Origin: an uncultured Pseudomonadales bacterium
Lineage (GTDB): Bacteria; Patescibacteriota; Microgenomatia; UBA1400; Chazhemtobacteraceae
Direction of reading: 5' to 3'
Assembly: GCA_964422035.1 (NCBI GenBank)
Contig: CAYQZQ010000001.1
Location: 515,025-579,024, forward strand
DNA: 64,000 nt
Part shown: positions 39,301 through 48,900 of the stretch, one piece after another
Position numbering within the stretch: the stretch's first letter is position 1
How the letters are laid out: every line of letters starts with the position of its first letter
Notes under the pieces: model-generated
What the model was told of the DNA's origin: nothing
Databases searched by the model: none
What the model saw: only the letters and a program-made list of their open reading frames with translations
Translations under genes and position numbers: made by a program

Positions 39301-42300
39301 TTAAACATTTAGTAACAAGTCAGGATTAATCTTTGCTCTTTCGGGGGTTGTGGGAATAAGTCGACCAATGATTACGTTTTCTTTTAAACCAAGAAGTGGG
39401 TCTATCTTGCCAGCAAGAGAGGTTTCAGTTAGTACTTTGGTAGTATTTTGGAATGAGGCGGCTGAAAGCCAAGACTCTGTGTATAAGGATGTTTGTATCA
39501 ATCCTAAAATCATTATAGAGGCAGTAGCCGGCTCTCCCCCTTCGGCCAGTACAGCTTCATTAGCAGCTTGGAAGCGGCCTTTGTTGACTATCTGGCCTGG
39601 TAATAAGTCGGTATCTCCGGGATCCTCAATCTTTACCTTATTGCTCATCTGGTTAACTACAACCTCAAAGTGCTTGTCATTGATTGCAATACCCTGATTT
39701 TCATAGACGTTCTGCACCTCTTTAATCAAATATTTTTGTGCTTCTGTAACGCCCTTTACTTTTAGGATTTGCTCTATGTCAATATGTCCTGTAGCAAGGG
39801 GTTGGCCGGCAGGCACAATTTGCTCATCTTCAACTTTTAGATCTGCAGTAAGAGGAATTGTGTAGTTGAACTGTTTATCTTTATCGCCCATAGTGGGAGT
39901 AATAGTAATCTTGTAGCCATTTTCGCTTTCTTTAACTTTGACTTTACCTGCAACTTCAGCAATGGGGGAAAGGTTTTTGGGTGTTCTTACTTCAAGTAAC
40001 TCTGTTACACGAGGAAGTCCTTGAGTAACATCGAGACCGACGACACCGGCTTTGTGTTTAGTACGCATAGTTAGCTGAGTGCCTGGCTCACCAATTGATT
40101 GAGCAGCTAAAATTCCAACAGGGTCACCGATTTCAGTTAATTGCCTGTCGGCAAAGTTCCAACCGTAGCAGTGGATACAAAGACCTATTTTGGAGTTACA
40201 ACTGAGAGGTGAGCGTACTTCAATTTCTTCTATGCCAGCTTCAACTAGCTGATCACGCATTTCTTCTGTTATAAGCTCATTTTTGCCAATGATTTGTTTT
40301 TTAGTTTCAGGGTGCATGACTCTCTTTAAAGTAAAGCGGCCCAAGATGCGATCGCCGAATTTTTCTTTTCGCTCTCCTTCAATTGCCACAGTAAGACCCT
40401 TGTCTGTCCCGCAATCTTCTTCTCGAATAATGGCATCGTGAGAGGCGTCTACGAGTCGGCGGGTCAGATAACCGGCATCAGCAGTTTTGAGAGCTGTGTC
40501 GATTAATCCTTTACGAGACCCACGAATTGAATTTACGTATTCAAAAATTGACAAACCTTCTCTAAAATTAGATTTGACTGGCAACTCTACAATATTGCCC
40601 AAAGGATCAACAACTAATCCTCTCATGGCTGACAACTGCTTAATGGTGTCACGAGTAATACGGCCCATTCCAGTATCAATGATCAATCTAATAGGGTTGC
40701 CAGGCCTGAAAGATTCCCAAGTTCTATCTGCTACTTGATCTGTAATATCCATCCAAACTTCATTAGACAAACGTCTTCGTTCTGAATTTGTGATAAGGCC
40801 TTGAGTGTAGTTTTGTTCAATTTGGGCGACTTTTTCATTTCCTTCTTGAATAATTTGATCTTTCTTTTCATAGATTTCATTGTCGGGAATGGCAAATGAA
40901 AGCCCTGATATCGTTCCAGCCCAGAAACTAAGTCGTTTAATATCATCAATTAATTCTACGACTCTCTGATTAGGGAGTTCTTTTATTGCTTTGTCAAAAA
41001 AATCTTTTATATCATCGTTGGTAATTGTCTGGTTAATGAATCCAAATTCGGAAGGTAAAACATCGTTAAATATAATTCTTCCCGGAGTTGTAACAATAAT
41101 TTCGTGGTTTAATCTCATCTTAACCGGGTGTCTTAGGTGAAGATGTTGAGTTCTGTAAGCAAGAAGGACTTCGTTTTGATTTGCATATATATGTTCTTCA
41201 TCTGGTTTTTGACCTTCTTTAATCATGGTCATATAATATGTTCCGATCGACATTTCTTTTTTAGCTGGAATAGAAATTGGCTTACCGGTAGCTGGTTTTA
41301 GTAAGTTCTGGGAAGGCATCATCTGGTTTTTAGCTTCTTCAATAGATTGTTTGGTGAGTGGTACGTGAACAGCCATTTGATCTCCATCAAAATCTGCGTT
41401 GAAACCATCACAAACTGCAGGGTGTAACCTGATTGCAGAACCTTCAATTAAAACAGGCTTGAAAGCTAAGATCGATAGTTTATGCAGGGTTGGAGCTCGA
41501 TTTAGTAAAACAGGATGATCTTTTGTAACGTCTTCGAGAATGTCGTAAACTTCCGGAACTTGTCTTTCAATTAAAGTCTTGGCGGACTTAACATTAGGAG
41601 CGAGTCCGTTAGCTATTAGCCGATGCATAACAAAAGGTTTAAACATCTCAAGAGCCATGTCTTTTGGAAGTCCACATTGATCAAGTTCGAGCTCTGGACC
41701 GACAACAATTACTGATCTTCCTGAATAATCAACTCGTTTTCCAAGCAAATTACGACGGAAACGACCTTGTTTTCCCTTAAGCATTTCTGATAATGACTTC
41801 AGTTTGCGACGACGAGACCTGCGTGAAGATCTTGACTGAGGTTTGTCAATTAATGCGTCAACAGACTCTTGAAGCATTCTTTTTTCATTTCGTAATATTA
41901 TTTCTGGAGCTCCAAGGTTTAGTAAATGTTTAAGACGATTATTGCGATTAATAACTCGACGATACAAGTCATTTAAGTCTGATGTAGCGAATCTGCCACC
42001 TGATAGTTGAACCATAGGTCTAAGTTCGGGTGGAATTACGGGAAGTGCTTTCAAAATCATCCACTCAGGTATAACATCAGACTTTAGGAAACCTACTACT
42101 ACTTTAAGTCTTTTTGTGGCTTTCTTACGCTTTGTTTTTGAGCCATCCTTAATTAGTTTTCTCAATTTACTAGCAAGATCGCGTAGATCAACTTTTTTAA
42201 CTGCTTCAAGAACTGCTTCTGCACCCATGCCAACTTTTAAGAAATCACTAGCTTCATAATCCACTAGTTTTAAGTACTCATCCTCTGCTAAGACTTTATT

Positions 42301-43023
42301 TATTTCAATGCTTTTAATCAAGGAAATTAGAGCCTCATATATTTCATCGGTAGCTTCGATTTCTGCTATCATTTTTTCTCGAGATGAGGCTACCTCTTTC
42401 TTAGTTTCTAACTTGGTTTCCTCGATCTTTACATGTCTTTGGTCTTTATTTTTGATTTCTTTACGAAGATTTTTTACCTTCTTTTTACCTTTTTCCTTAA
42501 TTTCTTCAATCTTTTCTTCACTTTTTTCTTTAATGCTCTCTTTTTTGTCTTTAGATATTTCTTCTAACTTTTTTAGTGCTATTTTTCTTTTATCTTCATC
42601 AACATCGATAACAAGATACCTTGAAAAATAAATTACTGATGCAAGTTTTTTAGGTGAAACATTTAATAAAAGTGATAATTTAGACGGTGATCCCCTAAAA
42701 TACCAAACATGAATAACGGGAGCAGCTAATTCAATGTGCCCCATTCTTTCTCTTCTTACTCTTTTTCTTGTAATTTCTACCCCACACTTATCGCAAACAA
42801 TCCCTTTATAACGAACTCCTTTATATTTTCCACAGTAACACTCCCAATCTTTTGTGGGACCAAATATCCTTTCACAAAAAAGTCCATCTTTTTCTGGACG
42901 CAATGTTCTGTAGTTTATAGTTTCAGGTTCGGTTACTTCACCATGCGACCAGCTCCTCATTTCTTCAGAAGAAGCGAGTTTAAGTTGTAAGCCTTGGAAA
43001 TCAGATAAGTTTCTTAGGTTCAT
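39301..43023 (-). CDS. rpoC: RNA polymerase beta' subunit
   Basis: NADFDGDQM active site; Zn finger CYCGKY...CDKC. Confidence 0.99.
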   Translation of the reverse strand: MNLRNLSDFQGLQLKLASSEEMRSWSHGEVTEPETINYRTLRPEKDGLFCERIFGPTKDWECYCGKYKGVRYKGIVCDKCGVEITRKRVRRERMGHIELAAPVIHVWYFRGSPSKLSLLLNVSPKKLASVIYFSRYLVIDVDEDKRKIALKKLEEISKDKKESIKEKSEEKIEEIKEKGKKKVKNLRKEIKNKDQRHVKIEETKLETKKEVASSREKMIAEIEATDEIYEALISLIKSIEINKVLAEDEYLKLVDYEASDFLKVGMGAEAVLEAVKKVDLRDLASKLRKLIKDGSKTKRKKATKRLKVVVGFLKSDVIPEWMILKALPVIPPELRPMVQLSGGRFATSDLNDLYRRVINRNNRLKHLLNLGAPEIILRNEKRMLQESVDALIDKPQSRSSRRSRRRKLKSLSEMLKGKQGRFRRNLLGKRVDYSGRSVIVVGPELELDQCGLPKDMALEMFKPFVMHRLIANGLAPNVKSAKTLIERQVPEVYDILEDVTKDHPVLLNRAPTLHKLSILAFKPVLIEGSAIRLHPAVCDGFNADFDGDQMAVHVPLTKQSIEEAKNQMMPSQNLLKPATGKPISIPAKKEMSIGTYYMTMIKEGQKPDEEHIYANQNEVLLAYRTQHLHLRHPVKMRLNHEIIVTTPGRIIFNDVLPSEFGFINQTITNDDIKDFFDKAIKELPNQRVVELIDDIKRLSFWAGTISGLSFAIPDNEIYEKKDQIIQEGNEKVAQIEQNYTQGLITNSERRRLSNEVWMDITDQVADRTWESFRPGNPIRLIIDTGMGRITRDTIKQLSAMRGLVVDPLGNIVELPVKSNFREGLSIFEYVNSIRGSRKGLIDTALKTADAGYLTRRLVDASHDAIIREEDCGTDKGLTVAIEGERKEKFGDRILGRFTLKRVMHPETKKQIIGKNELITEEMRDQLVEAGIEEIEVRSPLSCNSKIGLCIHCYGWNFADRQLTEIGDPVGILAAQSIGEPGTQLTMRTKHKAGVVGLDVTQGLPRVTELLEVRTPKNLSPIAEVAGKVKVKESENGYKITITPTMGDKDKQFNYTIPLTADLKVEDEQIVPAGQPLATGHIDIEQILKVKGVTEAQKYLIKEVQNVYENQGIAINDKHFEVVVNQMSNKVKIEDPGDTDLLPGQIVNKGRFQAANEAVLAEGGEPATASIMILGLIQTSLYTESWLSAASFQNTTKVLTETSLAGKIDPLLGLKENVIIGRLIPTTPERAKINPDLLLNV

Positions 43024-43038
43024 TATTTGGATTAAGTA

Positions 43039-46000
43039 TTAATTATTGTTTTCATCATCTTTGCTTTTCTCAAGATCTTGATCTTTATCCTCATCTTCTT
43101 CAATAACATTCAATGAAGCGTGGCTTGGGGCTTTTTCTTCTTCAGATTTTTCTTCTGATTCATTCTTTTCATCATCAGATATTAAAACGGCGGGGTCTAC
43201 TTTTAACCCTAAACTGTTGAGTTCTTTTATTAGAACACGGAATGATTCAGGAACTGTTGCTTCCGGAATTTCTTCTCCTTTAACAATTGATTCGAAAGCT
43301 CTAGACCTACCTATTACATCATCTGATTTGATAGTTAGCATCTCTTGTAGAGTATGAGCAGCTTTGTGTCCTTCTAGTGCCCAGACTTCCATCTCACCCA
43401 ACCTTTGTCCACCCATTTGAGCTTTTCCGCCAAGTGGTTGTTGAGTCACTAATGAATATGGCCCCGTTGATCTAGCGTGGGTCTTGTCTTCCACCATATG
43501 TATCAATTTAAGAATGTATGTAATTCCTACAGCAGTTTCTTCTTCAAAAGGTTCCCCCGTGCGCCCGTCAATTAAACGAACCTTTCCAGAAGCTGGCAAA
43601 TTTGCTTTTTCCATCTCCTCGACAATTTTTTCCTCAGTTATTTTTTCGAATACTGGAGCCGCAACTTTATAGTTCAACTTTTCGGCTGTCCAACCCAATT
43701 GAGCTTCTAATAGCTGTCCCAGATTCATTCTAGCTAGGACTGATAAAAATGAAATAATTACATCCACAGATCTTCCGTTTGAAAGTCTTGGCATGTCTGC
43801 CTCAGGAACAACCTTGGAAATAACGCCTTTATTCCCGTGTCTTCCTGCTAATTTATCTCCGACTTTAATCTTTCTTAATTGTGCTACTTTTACATTAATT
43901 TGCTTTATAACTCCTGGATCAAGTTCATCTCCTTCCTCTCTTTCTAAAACTTGCACCTCGATGACAGTTCCCCTCTCACCATGGGGTACTCTCAATGAAG
44001 TATCTCTTACCTCCCTAGCTTTTTCTCCAAAGATTGCTCTGAGCAATCTTTCTTCTGCTGAAAGCTCAGTTTCTCCTTTAGGGGCTATTTTTCCTACGAG
44101 AATATCATTTGGTCCTACCTGAGAACCAATTGCGACAACACCTTCTTCAGTTAGATTTCTAAGGTCTGACTCTGAAACATTTGGAATATCTCGTGTTAAT
44201 TCTTCTGGCCCAAGTTTTGTGTCCATAACCTGAGCTTCATATTCATTGATGTGTATTGAAGAAAGCAGGTCTTCTTTTACAAGTCTATCTGATACGATTA
44301 TCGCGTCTTCGTAGCCTAATCCTTCAAAATTAGTATATGCAATGAGAAGATTTTGACCTAATGCCAACTCACCTTCTTCAGTTGCTGGTCCATCAATAAT
44401 TATTTCTCTTTTTTTGATTTCGTCACCCACCTTAACAAGTGGTTTCTGTGAAAAGCTAGTAGATTGAGAGCTTCTATAAAAACTCTTGAGATGATAGGTT
44501 TCATTTTTACCTTTTACCGTAATTCCTCTATGTGGACTTTGTTTTGCCACTTTTTTTAATTCTTCTTGATGCTCATCTTTAACTTGAACTGTAATTTTGT
44601 CAGAATCAGATTCTACAACTTTACCGTCAAATCTTGCTCTCACAACCCAATCCATTGATTGTGCGATTTCAGTTTCAATTCCTGTTCCAACCAGAGGTGC
44701 TTCTGGTTTAATTAAAGGTACTGCCTGGCATTGCATGTGACTTCCCATAAGCGCTCTGGTTCCATCATCGTGTTGTAAAAAAGGTATTAACGAAGCAGAA
44801 GTACCCACTACTTGTCTTGGTACTAAATCGATTAGTTGAATTTTTGTCGCATCTACTTCCATAAAACGACCTTTGTATCTTGCTGGCACCCAATCTTGAT
44901 CAATAAAGCCATCTTTTCTAGAGATGTCAGCATGTGTAATATAAAAATCTTCTTCATCATCGGCTGTCAAATATACTATTTCATCAGTAATTCTCATCTT
45001 AGTTTCTCCATCTTTTTCGATCTCTTCCACTTTGTAGTATGGCGCCTCAATAAATCCATATTCGTTGATGCGAGCATATAAAGCTAAGTAAGTCACCAAT
45101 CCAATGTTTGGTCCCTCTGGAGACCTAATTGGACAAATTCTTGAATACTGAGAAGCATGTATGTCTCGCATTGAAAAAGAAGCTCTTTCTCTCGAAACTC
45201 CTCCCGTACCCATGACAGTAACTCTGCGAGCATTATCTATCTCGGACAAAGGATTAACTTGGTCCAAAATTGAACTTAAACGATTTCTTCTAAAGAATTC
45301 TGAGACTGTTGCAATAACTGGCCTTGGGTTTACCAAACGTCCAGGAGTTAGTGGCCGATCCTTTTTGGCAAGGCTCATTTTTTCACGAATAGATCTTTCC
45401 AGCCTCAATAAACCAATCCTAAATGGACCTTGTTGTACAAGCTCTCCAACTCTTCTGATGCGTCGGTTTCCCAGGTGATCAATGTCATCCGTTTTTCCTT
45501 CGCCATTTTGCAATTTTATTAGGTACCTTAAGGATGCAATTAAGTCTTCTTTTCTTAATACTGTATTGTCTCGCTCAACAGAACTCTTGATGTTTAATTT
45601 TTTATTTGTTTTATATCTACCCACTAAACCTAAGTCATATCTTCTTGGATCGAAGAATGTTTGATACATAAGCTCTTTTGCATTCTCTAAAACTGCTGGT
45701 TCCCCAGGCCTGATCTTTTGATAGAATTCTAACAAAGCTTCTTTTTGATTATTCGTGGAATCCTTTAATAAAGAAGCCTCAATATATTGATGCTCCTCAT
45801 CTTTATCGACATCTTTAAAAAGTTTTCTAATGTCGTCATCGGTTTCATATCCCATTGCTCGCAATAAAGTAGCTACTGAGAATTTTCGATTTCTATCTAT
45901 TCTGACACTAATATAGTCACGTCTGTTTACAGTTATTTCTAACCAGGACCCTCGAAGTGGTCTGATTTCCGCTATGTGAAGATCTCTACCAGATTTAGCA

Positions 46001-46443
46001 TCTAGTTCCCCTGTAAAAAATACGCCTGGAGACCGAACAAGTTGATGTATTATAACTCTTTCTACTCCATTAATAATGAAGGTTCCCCTTGAAGTCATCT
46101 GGGGAATATCTCCTAAGAAAACTTCTTGGGTTTTTGTTTGTGATGTCTCAACGTCTGTTAAAGTTGTTTCTACGTATAATGGCGCATCGTAAGTTAAATT
46201 TTTCTTTAAACATTCCTCAGGAGTATATTCAAGTTCACCAAAATAGTGATTACCAAAGCTAAGAGTATATTGCTCTTCTGTAAAATCTTTAATTGTTCCC
46301 ACCTCAATCAAAGATTGTTTTATGCCCTCATTAAGAAAATAATCATATGATTTTTTCTGAGTTTGAGCCAAATTTAATGTCGGCAAATTGTGGTCTGTTC
46401 TTCCCCAATTAACTCTTTTTTTGTCTTTTTTATCAGTCTTCAT
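43039..46443 (-). CDS. rpoB: RNA polymerase beta subunit
   Basis: INGVERV, GDKLAGRHGNKG, GGQRLGEMEVWAL. Confidence 0.99.
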   Translation of the reverse strand: MKTDKKDKKRVNWGRTDHNLPTLNLAQTQKKSYDYFLNEGIKQSLIEVGTIKDFTEEQYTLSFGNHYFGELEYTPEECLKKNLTYDAPLYVETTLTDVETSQTKTQEVFLGDIPQMTSRGTFIINGVERVIIHQLVRSPGVFFTGELDAKSGRDLHIAEIRPLRGSWLEITVNRRDYISVRIDRNRKFSVATLLRAMGYETDDDIRKLFKDVDKDEEHQYIEASLLKDSTNNQKEALLEFYQKIRPGEPAVLENAKELMYQTFFDPRRYDLGLVGRYKTNKKLNIKSSVERDNTVLRKEDLIASLRYLIKLQNGEGKTDDIDHLGNRRIRRVGELVQQGPFRIGLLRLERSIREKMSLAKKDRPLTPGRLVNPRPVIATVSEFFRRNRLSSILDQVNPLSEIDNARRVTVMGTGGVSRERASFSMRDIHASQYSRICPIRSPEGPNIGLVTYLALYARINEYGFIEAPYYKVEEIEKDGETKMRITDEIVYLTADDEEDFYITHADISRKDGFIDQDWVPARYKGRFMEVDATKIQLIDLVPRQVVGTSASLIPFLQHDDGTRALMGSHMQCQAVPLIKPEAPLVGTGIETEIAQSMDWVVRARFDGKVVESDSDKITVQVKDEHQEELKKVAKQSPHRGITVKGKNETYHLKSFYRSSQSTSFSQKPLVKVGDEIKKREIIIDGPATEEGELALGQNLLIAYTNFEGLGYEDAIIVSDRLVKEDLLSSIHINEYEAQVMDTKLGPEELTRDIPNVSESDLRNLTEEGVVAIGSQVGPNDILVGKIAPKGETELSAEERLLRAIFGEKAREVRDTSLRVPHGERGTVIEVQVLEREEGDELDPGVIKQINVKVAQLRKIKVGDKLAGRHGNKGVISKVVPEADMPRLSNGRSVDVIISFLSVLARMNLGQLLEAQLGWTAEKLNYKVAAPVFEKITEEKIVEEMEKANLPASGKVRLIDGRTGEPFEEETAVGITYILKLIHMVEDKTHARSTGPYSLVTQQPLGGKAQMGGQRLGEMEVWALEGHKAAHTLQEMLTIKSDDVIGRSRAFESIVKGEEIPEATVPESFRVLIKELNSLGLKVDPAVLISDDEKNESEEKSEEEKAPSHASLNVIEEDEDKDQDLEKSKDDENNN

Positions 46444-46531
46444 TAAAAAATAGAAATAACTAAAATTCAGGCAGGTGAATTAAACGCAAAAAATAACACT
46501 CCCCAAAAGGAGGCTTTTTACAATGTGGTCA

Positions 46532-46560
46532 AGTTTAACAATGCTATTGCAGTATGTCAA
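46532..46560 (-). promoter_or_regulatory. sigma70 promoter of rpoBC
   Basis: TTGACA-17 nt-TAAACT. Confidence 0.75.
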
Positions 46561-46567
46561 GAGCTTG

Positions 46568-47572
46568 TTATCTAAGATAAAATTGAACGTTCTCATTGTG
46601 CTCTTGGATAGTTTTAGCATAATGTATTTGACCATTTGTGTCATGTAAATAAAACCAGTAAGGCGTTTGAGTTGGATTGTAAGCTGCTTTTATGCTCGAA
46701 ATTGAAGGATTGGCTATTGGACTTGGCGGCAGTCCTGGCTGATTATATGTATTGTATGGTGAGTCGATATTAATATCTTCCCGAGTAATATTATTTGGCC
46801 ACCAATTACAAGTCAAAACCTTACACTCACGATTAGCAATAATATATTGTACCGAAGCGTCAACCTGAAGAGGCCAGTCGTTTTGAAGTCTTTTATAGAG
46901 TATTCCTCCAACAACTGAGCGTTCTTTGTCATTTGCAGCTTCACGCTCTATTAAAGATGCCAGTACTAGAGACTCTCGGTCGGAGAGAGTAGTATTATTA
47001 GACAGTTTTGAAGTACGATTCTGATAGTTTTCCAATAGTTGAGCAAGAATTTCTTCACTCGATGCATCGAGTGGAATAGCATATGTGTCCGGATATAGTC
47101 TACCTTCATACTCTGTGCTGATACTTAAAAATTCGTTAGGGTCGAAGTTGTATTCAGGATTATTTTCACTCAACTCATTAATGATTTCTTGCGTGTATTG
47201 TTCTCTTCTCCAACCTTCAAGTAAAGTTATCCACCTATCAGAAGTGCCCTTGGTCAGCCTTATAATGATTTCTTTAAGAGGAAGTTTTGGTGAAAGCCTA
47301 TATTGGCCTGCTTGAAGTGATCTGCTCAAGCCTGACAAGGCAACTTGAATTTTAAATGCGGGAACTGACCTTATTAATTTCTTCTCTTTTAACTTCTTCG
47401 CTATTTGATCTAAAGACTCCCCTTTCTGAATGCTTAAAGTTACCATTTGATTACCATTGCGAACAACAGGTCTTGATTGAATTTTAAACCAAATTATTCC
47501 TGAAAGGAAAGATAGAAAAGCAATAATGATAAGCGATGAGATGCCCTTGGTTATATAGCTATAATTCGACAT
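46568..47572 (-). CDS. mltG: Endolytic transglycosylase MltG (YceG)
   Basis: TM; EGRLYPDTY, LASLIEREA, LQVDAS, SPYNTY...GLPPSPI; start at MSNYS. Confidence 0.93.
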   Translation of the reverse strand: MSNYSYITKGISSLIIIAFLSFLSGIIWFKIQSRPVVRNGNQMVTLSIQKGESLDQIAKKLKEKKLIRSVPAFKIQVALSGLSRSLQAGQYRLSPKLPLKEIIIRLTKGTSDRWITLLEGWRREQYTQEIINELSENNPEYNFDPNEFLSISTEYEGRLYPDTYAIPLDASSEEILAQLLENYQNRTSKLSNNTTLSDRESLVLASLIEREAANDKERSVVGGILYKRLQNDWPLQVDASVQYIIANRECKVLTCNWWPNNITREDINIDSPYNTYNQPGLPPSPIANPSISSIKAAYNPTQTPYWFYLHDTNGQIHYAKTIQEHNENVQFYLR

Positions 47573-47573
47573 T

Positions 47574-47777
47574 TCAAACTTCTTCAAAAAGCGCCCTTCT
47601 GTAAGTTTTTTCTTTTGTGTTGTACATAAATATCCTTCCACATTTACATGTTACTTTTTCGTGATTTTTTACTTTAGATTTTTTCTTTTGGCCTTGTTTA
47701 AGTGGAGTACCACAACCAACACACTTGCCTTTTGATAATAGCCACGCCTGTATGGGAGCTATAATATTTTTAAACAT
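47574..47777 (-). CDS. Small Zn-ribbon protein
   Basis: CVGCG...CKCGR; tightly packed in the operon. Confidence 0.7.
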   Translation of the reverse strand: MFKNIIAPIQAWLLSKGKCVGCGTPLKQGQKKKSKVKNHEKVTCKCGRIFMYNTKEKTYRRALFEEV

Positions 47778-47781
47778 AATT

Positions 47782-48174
47782 TTATTGTATCAGATCGTCA
47801 ATGAAGTTTTGTAAAATAACTGCTGCTGAAATTTGATGGATTTTTTTTGAATTTTTCTTTGAATTTATAATTTCATCTTTTGCTCTAGCACTGGTTTTGT
47901 CTTCATTTACATATATAACTGGCGTTTCCATGTCTTTTTGAATTGCTTTACCTAGTTGTTTTGAATACTTATGAACATCTCCCCTTTTAGGGAGACCTAT
48001 TATAATTTTTTCAGGATTGTATTTATTGATTATTTGTATAATTTTTTCAAGTTGTTGACTAAAACCTAATCCTTGTATGGTAGTTAATCCTTCTGAAAAT
48101 TTTCCATAATGTGATACTGCTATCCCCGCATGCTTGAGCCCAGGATCGATACACAGAAATTTTATTTTTGTCAT
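47782..48174 (-). CDS. yqgF: YqgF/RuvX family RNase H-fold nuclease
   Basis: CIDPGLKHAGIA, IIGLP, NEDKTS, SAAVILQ; follows the alaS region as usual. Confidence 0.85.
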   Translation of the reverse strand: MTKIKFLCIDPGLKHAGIAVSHYGKFSEGLTTIQGLGFSQQLEKIIQIINKYNPEKIIIGLPKRGDVHKYSKQLGKAIQKDMETPVIYVNEDKTSARAKDEIINSKKNSKKIHQISAAVILQNFIDDLIQ

Positions 48175-48899
48175 TTTGAAACTAATTTTGCTGTTACAAC
48201 TAAGCGCCTGGTTTTAAGTCCTGGAGGCACACAAGTGATTAGTTTAAGATTTTTAGAGTCATATTTTTGTCTTAGTACCCATAGATCATCGGGGAAAACT
48301 TCTTGTTTCTCAATGACTTGGTATGTATAAACAACATTGTCGTAGTTTAAAAATATCTCATCACCATTTTCCAATTTTGGCAAAAGAGAGAAAATTGCCA
48401 GATAGTTATTTGGGTCATAAAACTGTGGAAGTATTGAGTGACCAAAAATAACAGGACTGCCCAGTTCTCCTGGTAATGCAGTATCAGGGTAATGAACTAA
48501 TCCCTCATTAAGATTCTCTCCTCCAATGATTACTCTTGCTTGATCGATTTTTAATTTGGGAATTGCAAGTTGGTATTTACTAGAGTCTAAATTGCTTGAG
48601 CTTTTACTTCTGTCTTGAGGGAACCAATTTTGAGGCCTAGTATAGTCATATTCTCCAACAACCTTGGGCTTTGGAGATTGTTGAGAAGTGCCTACTACAG
48701 GAGAGATCAGTCCAGATTGTTTGTTGTTTAACTGAAAAGAATTAATTTGTAACTCGTAAGACACGATCGGCCATATAACAAAAGCTATTAATAACAGGCC
48801 GACGACTGAAATCAGTGTAGGCAAAACCTGTATGTGAAAAGGTTTTAAAGAATTTTTAAAAGTATCAAGGCTGGCCTTGTGGTATACATAGAGTGGCAT
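48171..48899 (-). CDS. Sortase
   Basis: TM; LAIPKL, GHS, LITCVPPG..TRR. Confidence 0.88.
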   Translation of the reverse strand: MPLYVYHKASLDTFKNSLKPFHIQVLPTLISVVGLLLIAFVIWPIVSYELQINSFQLNNKQSGLISPVVGTSQQSPKPKVVGEYDYTRPQNWFPQDRSKSSSNLDSSKYQLAIPKLKIDQARVIIGGENLNEGLVHYPDTALPGELGSPVIFGHSILPQFYDPNNYLAIFSLLPKLENGDEIFLNYDNVVYTYQVIEKQEVFPDDLWVLRQKYDSKNLKLITCVPPGLKTRRLVVTAKLVSK

Positions 48900-48900
48900 C

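Noticed and set aside
42300-42620. Lys/Glu-rich insert in the RpoC N-terminus as an intein
   Set aside because: No intein terminal motifs; it fits a lineage-specific coiled-coil insertion.
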